The notes below the pieces were generated by a model. It saw only the letters and a program-made list of their open reading frames with translations, ran no database searches and had not been told where the DNA came from. 64,000 bases of DNA from Camelus ferus (Eukaryota): the NCBI RefSeq assembly GCF_009834535.1, contig NC_045697.1, positions 48,734,001-48,798,000 of the forward strand, written 5' to 3'. Each line of letters opens with the position of its first letter. Within the stretch, counting starts at the first letter, position 1. Made by a program: the position numbers and the translations under genes. Positions 50,771-61,995 of this stretch are shown here, in pieces.

Positions 50771-52449
50771 GAATTGGGGGCAGATGCCAATCCCCCACTG
50801 GAATTGGGAGCAGAGGCCAAAAGAGATTGTAATTAATATCCCATTTTTAATTTTTAGAGCTAGTAATGAGCAGGGATGTTCAGGATAAGTGAAGGCAACT
50901 CAAGTTATGGCAAATAGCTTTGAACAGAGTGGGGAGCTACAGATGAATGTGTGGGTCACTTCTCAGGGGAAAAGTTGACAAAATGAATCAAACCAATTCC
51001 TTTGACTTCAAATATTGTATGTCTTCTACTCTGCATGACTGTCTCTCACAATCAGACAAAATGCAAAACTATTTTAAAAATACATATGCTGATACTTATG
51101 AGTGAAACCTCTCACCATATCAATGACCTAACATAAATGTTTTGGGAGGAACTTCTAATCCTCAACCTGTATGATGATCAAAGGGATAAACACATTTATT
51201 AAGTACCCACAAGTGCCAGGAACTGTGTTAGACTTTTCACAACTCTTTAAGGTAAGTACTATTTCAATTTTTCATCTGGGGAAATTGGGGCCAAGCAGGA
51301 GTTAAGTGATGTTCCCAGTTCACAGCTGGTAAGTGACTATATGGTTGAGTCCACTGGCCTGCAAAGCCCCTGCGCTTTGTAACAGCCCAAGAGAGACACA
51401 GCAGTGACATTCCCCAGCGAAACTTAAAAGCCTTTTAGAGCGGTCACAGGTCATAGGCTATAATCATTCTTGGATTTTTCTGATGATGAGATCTGTCACT
51501 GCTGTCAGACAGACTTAACTGGCCTTTGGGGACACTTTCTTAAAATATAAGTAAATTGGGCAACTAATCCTACACTTCTGTGTCTTGGTTCTTCCAGGAG
51601 CTTTGAAGTCTAGATCTGGAGAAGGAAAGGTTAAGGGAGCGATCCTAGAGAGAAGGAACACAGGAACTTCTTTGTGTTTATCTTAGTGACATCTATAAGA
51701 TTCAGCACTTAGCCTAGTGGCCATCATCCCCGTTTCCTTCCCAGCAGTCATTCCTGGTCTTGGTCACATTTAATACTTTCAGATAACTGATAGTAGAACT
51801 GGAGGTCCTCTTACTGGCCCAGAACTTAATGGTGATGCTTATATATACATCCAACTCATTCAACAAGCATCTGTTATACAAATGTCCCTGGCTATGTGTC
51901 TGAAGAGACGTGGTGTTTAAAAAAGAGGCAGAACCATGCACTCCTGGCCCCAGGACTTGAAGATGCCCAGAACCTGACAAGAGACTAAGGTTGTAGCCTA
52001 GGTAGGTGCTATTTGCATGGAATCATTAGTGAGCAACTTCATTTTCCCCTCAACAGTTTGGAATGCATACACATGATACATAGATATTGGTTTAATTTTC
52101 ATGCACAACAATCACTCCTCCGTTCAGTAAACACTGAGCACCTACCTAGCATAAAAGCCAGTGGAAACCGAGTCCACTTCTTTCTGAGTGAAGTCATTTT
52201 CACCACTTAGCCAAAGGCACGCAGCAGACTGGGATAGAAGTTAGAGAGTCAAACAGGGCTCAAGTCACTAGCTGTGTGATGGGACTAACCACTTTTTCCC
52301 TCTGAGCTTCGATTTGCAAAATGGGGATGAGAAGAAGTTGGTATGACAGCATAATACAGAGGTTCCCTCCTCTGAATACTTCCCACATGCTAGTCCCAGA
52401 GAGGGGCACCTGAGAACAAGTGTGACAGGCAGTCCCCTGGGGTTGCTCT

Positions 52450-53100
52450 CACCTGAATTATTGTCTCTTGGCCTCCTCAGTTGGTCTCCCTGCTTTCACT
52501 CTTGTGCCTCTCAAATCCATTCTCTGCATACGACGGAAGCAATTGGTATAAACAACAAAAACATGCCACTCCCTGCCTTCAACCTCCCAATGACTCCCCA
52601 CCTCCTAGGATAAAGCACAAGTTCTTAGAGCTGCAAGCAAGGCCGTCCTGTGGACGCCTCCAGACTTGCAGCATCCCCTGCCCAACACAGTCACTCTCTA
52701 GGCTTCTTTTCACCTCTGCACCTTGTCTTGTGCCTCAACATTACAGCACTGAATTATGCCTCTGTCCAGTGCTCTCACCTCCTCCCTTCACTTACCTTTT
52801 AAAACTCAGCTCAGACTCAGCAACTCAGGAAAGCCTTCCTTGATGCCTCCAGCTTTCTTGGGATGCCTCCCAGGCCGGGCCGGGAGCTCTCTCTCCCCGC
52901 CGACTGCTATCATGTGCTTCCAGCTCCTGAGCATGTCTGTTTCACTGCATTCACCCCACAGACTGGCAATTTATTTATTTATGAGTATTTCTCCTTTCCT
53001 AGACTCTTCTCCTTACAGGAAAGACCATGTCTTCTTCATCCTTCTATCCCTACCACCTGGCACACAGCAAGGGCTTGGTCAACAAGGTGAATGCTGGAAT
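52450..53100 (+). mobile_element. L2 3' fragment
   Basis: CCTCCCAATGACTCCCCAC...AGGATAAAGCACAAGTTCTT...CTCAGGAAAGCCTTCCTTGA...CCTGGCACACAGCAAGGGCT. Confidence 0.7.
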
Positions 53101-53177
53101 GAGGACAGCAGTGTGACAGCCAGCTCATGCTCTTTGCATACACCACACCCCAGCTCAAACAGGTCCTGTGTCTAGGA

Positions 53178-53400
53178 CACTGGTTCGCAACCAGGGGCCA
53201 TTTTGCTCCCGGGGGACATTTCACAATGTCTGGAGACATTCAGGTTATCACAGTCGGTAGCGGAGGGAGTGTCCTTCTACTAGCTGGTGGGTAGAGGCCA
53301 AGGATGCTGCTTAAGTGCCTAGGGGAGCCCCACCTCACACCCCACAACAAAGAGTCATCCAGCCCCACATGTTAATAAGAGCCAAGTGTGAAAAGTCCTG
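53178..53400 (+). mobile_element. MER20 hAT-Charlie MITE
   Basis: CACTGGTTCGCAACCAGGGG...GGGGACATTTCACAATGTCTGGAGACATT...GGGTAGAGGCCAAGGATGCTGCT...CCACAACAAAGA...CCTG. Confidence 0.9.
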
Positions 53401-53797
53401 ATCCAAGACGGGGTCTGGCACGTGGAAGACCACAATATGGGATTCCTACTGCCGGCAGCTTAGTGGCCCTAGGGGCAGAAATGATAATCATGCTTGAGAT
53501 ACATCAAATAATTGTACAGTATCCTGCTTTCAGTTTATTGAGCAGTTCTGCACGAATTCACTCATTTCACAGCATCAGATCTGCAGGAGCTCAGTTCTAT
53601 GTTTACAATCGTACTTTACATAAAGCAAAGGTCCTACTCAGGGTCCATGGAGTGGGATGCATGGCCCTCTTCCCCCACTTCTCTCCCAATGCACCCACAT
53701 GATCTACCTGCTCTAGGACTTCATCCCTGAAAAACCAGCTAGAATGCCTGGGCCATATGGGTGAATCTATTAGCTTACCAGCTATGGTGTTGTTGAA

Positions 53798-53799
<2 letters not shown>

Positions 53800-53829
<30 letters not shown>
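53800..53829. repeat. (AC)15 microsatellite
   Basis: Read directly. Confidence 0.95.
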
Positions 53830-53831
<2 letters not shown>

Positions 53832-55115
53832 AAATGTATTTCATACCTTGCGAAAACTCGTAACTTGAACACACTTTCCAGGAAGGCCTGGCCTCCTTCC
53901 TGGGATCACAGGGGAAATGTAACTAGTAAAACGTTTAAGCTATCAAGTGAGTTTTTTATTAGCCATTTGACATAGCACAGCTGAAGCAGTAGCCTGTGAC
54001 ACGGGACACAGGCTGACCCACATTTCAGGGAACTCATAGTCCCATCAACAATGCATAATCTGATCAACTGTGCACCAATAAAACATTTTTAAAAATTATG
54101 CATAATCTAGAATACTGGGCAATTATTATCACCCATATATATTCCACCACCTAATGTTTGGAGACGAGCCACATGGTAAAGGAGGCTGCCTAGAGGTATG
54201 GAAACCAGGACTTTTAAGTGCTAATCCACCCCAGTGACCCCTGCCTATAATTCAGCTGCGTGACCCCCTGTCTGAACCTTGAGGCAAATTTATGATCAGT
54301 TTCTCCTGGTTATCTTTAGCTCCTCTTTCAGTTGCCCTCTTATCAGTCCAGATGTCTTTTTGTTTTTGAGAAGAGCCACCTTCCTTGTCTCAGCAACTCT
54401 TTTTTTTCTTTATCTAGCTCCAGTTATTAAACTGCTAAAACTGATCGCCAACACTGGATATGTTCACCTCTGCTTCATACACACTGGCACCCAAGTGGCT
54501 GTGTCCTTCTTTTTAGTCACCAAATTTAGCACTTAATTCATACTAGATAAGGCATTCCCCCTCCCAATCCAATTTGTATGCTGAAATCCTAACCCCACAA
54601 TAAAGTATCTTTGAGTCTTAGTATAAGGAGGAGTGACCTGCTTTATTCTAGAAAACCTTTTTAATTCTAAAATAATGGTTTTATCCAGCATGAAAACCAT
54701 ACCCAGGTAAAAGTTCAGGGGTAGTGAAGTTGGACTCCGTGAAGCTTACTTTGCCAATGCCCTGATTCGCTGGATAGATAAACAATGTCCCAAAATGATG
54801 GCTTATGATAGAGAATTTCCCATTGGCTACAGTGCCATTAAACATATCTCATGGGAGGTCATGTAAATGTGTAATGAAGAGGCTTCTCTTCAAGGATGTG
54901 GTGCTCCTTGGCTTGGGCAATTAGTTCATTTATAATTTGAACGAACAGAAAATGCAGCACTAGCCTGCTTTTAGGTTTCCTGATGGCTTGCCAGCTACCC
55001 ACCCAACTATCTTCTAAGCGGCAAAGGCATTACCCAGTGATGTGCACATGTGGTAGGAAGCCTGGGCCCTTTTCAAGGCCAGGAGTTCCCTGACCTCTTA
55101 GTTATTGTTGCATGG

Positions 55116-55691
55116 TGTTATAGACTGAGTATTTGTGCCCCACCCTCCCAATTCATATGTTGAAATCCTAACCCCCAATATGGCTGTATTTGGAGATAGG
55201 AGCCTGTAAGAAAGGTTAAATGAGGTCATAAAGGTGAGGCCCTAATTTAAGAAGATTAGTGTCCTTATAAGAGACACCAAAGAGCTCCTTTTTCCCTTCT
55301 CTTTTGGCTGCACTTCTTTAAAAAATTTTTTTAACCTTTTTTCTTCAATAGGGGATAATTAGGTTTATTTATTTGTTTTTGTTAATGTAGGTACTGGGGA
55401 TTGAACCCAAGACCTCATGCATGCTAAGCGTGCACTCTACCACTGAGCTGTACCCATCACCCCTTTCTGCTGCACTTTTGCATGCACCCAGGAAAGGCCC
55501 TGTGAGGATATAGCAAGAAGGTGGCCAGCTGTAAGCCAGGCAGTGAGCTCTCACCAGAAGCCAAGCCCTGCTGGAACCTTGATCTTGATCTTGGACTTTC
55601 CAGCCTCCAGATCTGTGAGAAAATAAATTTCTATTGTTTAAGCCACCCAGGCTGTGGTATTGTGTTATGGCAGACTGAGCAGACTAATACA
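55116..55691 (+). mobile_element. MaLR solo LTR (MLT1A-like) interrupted by a SINE
   Basis: TGTTATAGACTGA...ATTCATATGTTGAAATCCTAACCCCC...TGTGAGAAAATAAATTTCTATTGTTTAAGCCACCCAG...GACTAATACA, with TSD CATGG/GATGG. Confidence 0.9.
55318..55463 (-). mobile_element. tRNA-derived camelid SINE (Vic-1-like)
   Basis: Same body as the 28966-29113 copy. TSD TTTTGGCTGCACTTCT (55302-55317) / TTTCTGCTGCACTTTT (55464-55479). Confidence 0.9.
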
Positions 55692-55814
55692 GATGGTTAC
55701 TAAACTGTATTAAGAAGTGAACAACCTACCAAGGTTGTAATAATTACTATCCACGGCAATCACCTAATGACTGTTACTGTGTAGTTTACAGGTCATCAAA
55801 ATGCTAGATTTTAG

Positions 55815-57505
55815 AAATTAAGAAAATAACCCATTAACAATGGCATCAAAAAGAATAAAATACCTAGCAATAAATTTAACCAAGGAGGTGAAAGTCCTGT
55901 ACACTGAAAACTATATAGACACTGATGACAGAAATTGCAGAAGATGCAAATAAATGGTAAGATATTCTGTACTCATGGATTGGAAGAATTAATATTGTTA
56001 AAATGTCCATATTGTTCAAAGCAATCTACAGATTCAATGCAATCCTTTCAAAATTGAATTGGCATTTTTCATAGAAACTGAACAAACAATCCTAAAATTT
56101 ATATGGAACCACAAACAACCCCAAATAGACAAAGCAATCTTGAGAACAAAGCTGGAGGCATCACACTTCCTGATTTCAAACTACATTATAAATCTACTAC
56201 TATAACATATAATATATGAGCTAGTACGGTATGAGCACAAACACAGACACGTTAATCAAAGGAACAGGATGGAGGACCCAGAAATAGACCCACACATATA
56301 TGGCCAATTAATTTATGAAAAAAAGCCATGAATATACAATGGGGGAAGGATAGTTTCTTTATTAAATGGCATTGGGAAAACTGGACAGGCACATGCAAAA
56401 GATTAAAATGACCACTATCTTATACCATACACAAAAATCAACTCAAAATGGATTAAAGACTTGAACATGATGCCTGAAACCGTAAAACTCCCAGAATAAA
56501 ACATGGAGGGTAGGCTCCTTAACATCAGTCTTGACAATGATTTTCGGACTTGACACTAAAAGCAGAAATAAACAAGTGGAACTACATCAAACTAAAAACC
56601 TTCTGTGCAGCAAAGAAAATCATCAACAAAGTTAAATGGCAACCTACAGAATGGGAGAACATATTTGCAAATCATATATCCAGTAAGTGGTTAACATCCA
56701 AAATATATAAAGAACTTATACAATTCAATAGCAAAACCCAAAACAATCCATTTTAAAAAGGGGCAGAGAAACTGAAGACGTCTTTCTAAAGAAGACATAC
56801 AGATGGCCAATAGGTACATGAAAAAGTGCTCGGCATCACTAACCATCAGGGAAATGCAAATCAGAACCACAGTGAGGCATCACTTCATACCTGTTAGAAT
56901 GGCTATTATCAAAAAGACAAGAAATAACAAGTGTTGGTGAGGATGTAGAGAAAAGGGAACCCTTGTGCAGTGTTGGTGGGAATGTAAATTGATGCAGCCA
57001 CTATGGAAAACAGTGTGTTAAAATTTTTAACATAGAACTACCATGAGATCCAGCAATCCCACTTCTGGGTATTAGCTGAAGGAAATAAAGACACCTACTT
57101 AAATAGATATCTGCACTTCCATGTTGATGGCAGCATTATTTACAATAGCCAAAACATGGGAACAACCTAAGTGTCCATCAGTAGACGAATGGGTGAATGG
57201 GGTGAGCAAAATGTGTGAAGGTGGCCAAAGGTACAAAGGTCCAGTTATAAGGTAAGTAAGTCCTGGGGATGTCATGTACAGCATGGTGACTACAGTTACT
57301 AATACTGTATTGTATGTTTGAAAGATGCTAAGAGAATAAATCTTAGAAATTCTCATCACAAGAAGAAAATTATAACAGTGTGTGGTGATGAATATCAAGT
57401 AAACTTACTGAGGTGATCGTTTCACAGCATATATACAATTCAAATCATTATGTTGTACACCTAAAACTAGCACACTGTTATACATCTATTATATCTCAAC
57501 TTTTT
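55815..57505 (+). mobile_element. L1 (L1MA-like): degenerate ORF2 3' part plus 3'UTR
   Basis: Translates to L1 ORF2-like [19 protein letters not shown]...[12 protein letters not shown] with stops and frameshifts. TSD AAAATGCTAGATTTTAG (55798-55814) / AAAATGCTAAATTTTTAG (57506-57523). Confidence 0.93.
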
Positions 57506-59299
57506 AAAATGCTAAATTTTTAGCCAGGATTTATTTTAGGTCAGATGGGGAATCAGTTATAAATTAATCCTATATATACACTCCTTTCTATTGTTAGTGT
57601 TTGAATATCTTCCTGGATCATTTTATCTAATTTGAGAGAAAAGCTAGTTTATCTTTTATGACAGTATCTTAATTTATGTAGCATATTTTCCCCAAGAAGT
57701 TCAAAGGATTTTACTCAAAACTTCTCACTGGTTTTGACTGAAGCCCCAGGATCTAGACAACAGGCTGGTTCCATGGCCCCATTTTTCATTAAAAATGATT
57801 TTGCTTTCTCTTGGTATTTAATGAGAGAAGCAGCTCTTTGATTTGGGGATCTTTTTAAAATTGACTTTGTTCTTTTTTAATCCCAACTGCTCCAGGCATC
57901 ATTAGCTCCTTTTCACATACGTTTCAATTTCCTTTCATCCCTTTGAGCATGGGTTCCAATGTCCTCAAAGCAGCACCTTTTAATTGGCCTGGAAAAGGTC
58001 ACCTCTTTAAGAAGAGGAAACCATATCATACATTTTACAGAGTCAATGTGGGTTTTTGAGATCAGGAGGGGATGGGGCAGGGGATGGATTCATCCCTCAG
58101 AAAATGTTTAGGTGGCATGTGATTACCTCCTAAACATTTTCAACAGAATGTTCCACAAAATTACATATACCCACGCATATCCACACAATTCCTGCTATAA
58201 TCAGTTGGCCTTTAGTTAAAATTCATTTGTCTTTAAGATTTTGTCCTTTTATAATTTAGTCAATGGCTGAGGGGCAGTGTTAATTCTGCCAGTGGTTTCC
58301 TGATATGTAAAAACCTTCGGTGACACTCTCCTATACAGATGCCCCAATCATGCTTTTTAGAAAAATGATACAAGGGCATCTAATGTATTCTCCCACCTTT
58401 GGGTACCCGCCACCACATGTTGTCTTGTATATTATAGCAGTAATTTCTCCAAAGACATCTAAAGTGTAATCAAATCTTACATATACATGGACACAGTTTA
58501 AAATCAAAGAAAGCTTTTTGAGGGAAACCTACTCCATTACTTTACTTTCTTCTAGTGTTACAAAAACTAATCTGCATCTGGAGTGGGTACCTAAATCCTG
58601 TGGTAGAGGCGGGAAGTAGTAAACCTTTCAAGGATCTGAAAGAATTCACAGAAACTTGACTCCATCAAGGCAGCAGTAAGGAGGGGAGGGAGAGCTGTTA
58701 AAAAAAAATCCTAGTCTTTAAGGGGCTAGCCATCCACTTCAAAGAATCACTGATATAAAGAAATACTCTAAAACATTTAATCTCTTTAATTTTTAAGACA
58801 CTTTTAAGAAACCTCAGTATTTGGTACTGCAGTAGTCATTACTCAGGCACTTAGGAAAAGTTAAGCATTGTTACCTCCACACAATTCCTATCCATGGATA
58901 AATATTACAACAAAAAATGGCATATCAGAAAGATGTTACAATACACAAAATTTAAAATTCTGGGTCCACAGGTTTCTTTTCTCTATGTAATTGCTTGAAG
59001 AAAAATAAAGTGATGAAGTGATTTTTCCTTTAACAAACTTTCCAGAATAAAGTTCCTTGGTTTCCCCTTCTTTTGAATAATTGGATGAAATCCTACATTT
59101 AATGCACCTAACAGAAGTAAATTGGAAAAAGAAAGTAAGCTACTTCAATAAAAATTGGTAAAAATTTTTTAAAAAAGGTAAGTTATTGTCCTCATCAGGT
59201 CTTCCCTGAAGCACTGTGTTCTGTGTTAGATGTCACCCATGCGAGAGTGACGTGGACAATTTAGAACACAGTCAAGGAAAAGGGACCTTAACAGCCCAG

Positions 59300-59682
59300 G
59301 ATGTGACATTATGACTTGGAAATAACAGATGAAGGAATGAAAGACTGACTAACCCGGAAAAGAGAAGACTTAGCAGAAAAATGTAACTGTCCTCAAAAGG
59401 CTGGAAGGTGATCAAGTAGAAAAAACATCCAATATCTTCTGTTTGGTCTAAGAAGGATGAAAGGATTGAAGTTAGAAGAATTAGTATAAAGAAGAACATC
59501 ATTGTGATTTGAAATGATCTGAAAATGAAATAGTCTGCCTTTGTACTTGGCGAGTTCAAGTTCCCTGATGGTGCTCAAATGGCAGCTGGTGGACTACTCT
59601 AGGAGAATGTTGTAAAGCATGTGAGACAAGGAACTGAACTGCTTGGATTTTTCAGTTCCTTTCTAACTCTGAAATTCTATGA
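59300..59682 (+). mobile_element. CR1/L3 LINE 3' end
   Basis: GGAAAAGAGAAGACTTAG...AACTGTCCTCAAA...GGAAGG and terminal TTCCTTTCTAACTCTGAAATTCTATGA. Confidence 0.7.
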
Positions 59683-60399
59683 AAATGCCTGCTTTGGGGA
59701 GAAATCATTTGATGCAACAAAATTAAGCACCACCAAAGAATTCAAACATTAATGGTCCCAGGGATCCAGGACATGGATTTATCATGTCTTGTCTTTGTGC
59801 AGGCTCTCACAGCATGGCGCTAAGGGAGGAGTTACTTTATTCCACGAAAAGAGGCAGTCTAGTTCACCCAGACAAAAAATAAAACAAAACAGCAAAGTCC
59901 TTTTAAGGATGTTCCACCGAGATGGCTTATCTACACTCATCTCCTTAAATTGGCTCTTTGGAAATTTCTGTGTGGGTTGTGCTGGGCAGATGGATGTGGG
60001 CTTTCTGCAGCCGTCCTGTCACCGAGTTGGGATGTGGAGAAGGTTCCTCCACCCTCTCCGAAGGAACCTTCAGGATCTGTCCCCTCATGGCCCCCATCAG
60101 CAGGGGAGATACCAAATGAGGTTCGAGCCCTGGGAGGCATTGTCTGGGACTGTTGAGAGGCAGTGGGTCAAACTCCAGACTAATGAGTGCCCTGTAGGGA
60201 GGGGATGGAGAGAGAAACAGCAGAAAGGATGGTGATTCTTCTGACAACTCCATTTGTATGCTGGTATTTGCACAGTGTGCCATAAAGAGAAGGAGCAGAG
60301 CTCATCTTAATGACTAACTTTGACTCCACAGTTGACCTCAACATGATGCTATGGGGACCACTTCCTATGTAGGTAAAAGACTTGTAAGAGAGAGAAAGA

Positions 60400-60550
60400 G
60401 ACAGTGTGGTGCTAAATACACAGGCTTTGGAGTCAAAGAGCCAGGGTTCAAGTTCTGACTTTCTAATTTCTAATTTTATGACCTTGAGCAAGTGAGTTAC
60501 TTAACCCCTCTAGGCCTCAGTTTCCTCATCTACAGAATGGGGCTAGGAAT
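60400..60550 (+). mobile_element. MIR SINE
   Basis: CAGGCTTTGGAGTCAAAG...GACCTTGAGCAAG...GCCTCAGTTTCCTCATCTACAGAATGGGG. Confidence 0.85.
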
Positions 60551-61276
60551 GGTTGATGGCCCTTCGAGAGCAGTAGAGAAAGGCTAGCTTCTGTTACGGT
60601 CACAGAAACAGAGAACTGAAACCTGCTTGAGCTTGTTTCTCCTTGAGTCCTGTCCAAGACACAAAAGCAACAAAAGCAGCATTGAGGTAAGAATCTAGGT
60701 CACATCAGACCTGCAGCTCTACTGATTGGAAAAGAACATGAACCCAGACTGGGGCGTGCTGAAAGCAAAAGCGAACTCTATACAGCTTTCAAAGGAAGTA
60801 AAATAAAACTGTGTATTCTGACACGGAGAGATGTCCCAAATATATTAAATGAAAAAGCATGACCACCTTTGGGAAAAAGCATTAGTATTAACATGCATGA
60901 TAATATGTCAGCATTTATAAAAGAGAAGAGCTAGAAAAATTTCCACCCAACAGTGGATAAGGATTTGGGCAGGAATTAGGGTTGCATGGGACATTCACTC
61001 TGCATCTGTTATTTCTGTAATATTTGGATTTTTATAAAGAATATTATTCATTTTTAAATTAGGAAAATCAATATTTAAAAAGAAAAAGCATATTATTACA
61101 GGTTTTCATTTGTACTATACACTGATCACCTTAAACTGGAGTACGCAGTTAATAATGATGGGTGATAAACTGATGCAGGAAATGCCTCTCTACTCTTTCA
61201 AGACGATAATGAATGTTGCATTTTAGAACATCTTTCATCATACCATCAGTCCTCCCATGAGCCTCCTGAAGTAGGT

Positions 61277-61518
61277 ACAGTGGTTAACACTTTGAGCTGT
61301 GCAGCCTTACATCCTGGTTTGAATCCTGACTCTACCTCTTATTAACCTTGGGCAAGTTTCTTAATTACTGTGCCTCAGTTAACTGACCTGTCAAATGGGG
61401 CCAATAATAGTTCTTCCCAGGGGTGTTGTGAGGATGAATTGAGATACTCTGTAAGATGCTTACAAGAGTGACTGGCAGATAGTAAGCACTAAATAGAGAG
61501 TTTAGCCATCATTATTAT
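61277..61518 (+). mobile_element. MIR nested in an oppositely oriented MIR
   Basis: CAGTGGTTAA...TTTGAATCCTGACTCTACC...TGTGCCTCAGTT...AGTAAGCACT. The flanks (CTCCTGAAGTAGGTA and ATCCTCATTTAGAGGAAACTG) join into a reverse MIR. Confidence 0.75.
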
Positions 61519-61737
61519 AATCCTCATTTAGAGGAAACTGTGGATCCAAATAATACCTTTATCTTAAAACAAACAACAACCCCCTCTACGCCCACCTACC
61601 CCGGAATCTTGAAATTCATTCCCACTTTCACCTAAGACACAATTCTATCACATGACTTGCAGGTTGTTGCTGTAACCCTCCTACGCAGGCTCCTTGCTCC
61701 CACCTATCTTGCCAGTCAATGCTGAATTCAGTTTTTT

Positions 61738-61846
61738 TTTTAATTAAAATTAAAATTAAATTAAATTAAATTTTTTACTGAAGTATAGTTGGCTTAGAAT
61801 GTTACGTTAGTTTCTGGTATACAGCACAGTGATTCATATATATATG

Positions 61847-61889
<43 letters not shown>

Positions 61890-61995
61890 GTATACACATA
61901 TACACACATTCCTCTCCATATTCTTTTTTATTATAGGCATTGCAAGGTATTCAGTATAGTTCTCTGTGCTATAATACATAAAACAAATATTAACA
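61738..61995 (-). mobile_element. Young L1 3' fragment with (TTAAA)n tail and (CA)16
   Basis: TTAGTTTCTGGTATACAGCACAGTGATTCA. TSD GAATTCAGTTTTTT (61724-61737) / GAATTCAGCTCTTT (61996-62009). (CA)16 at 61851-61882. Confidence 0.88.
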
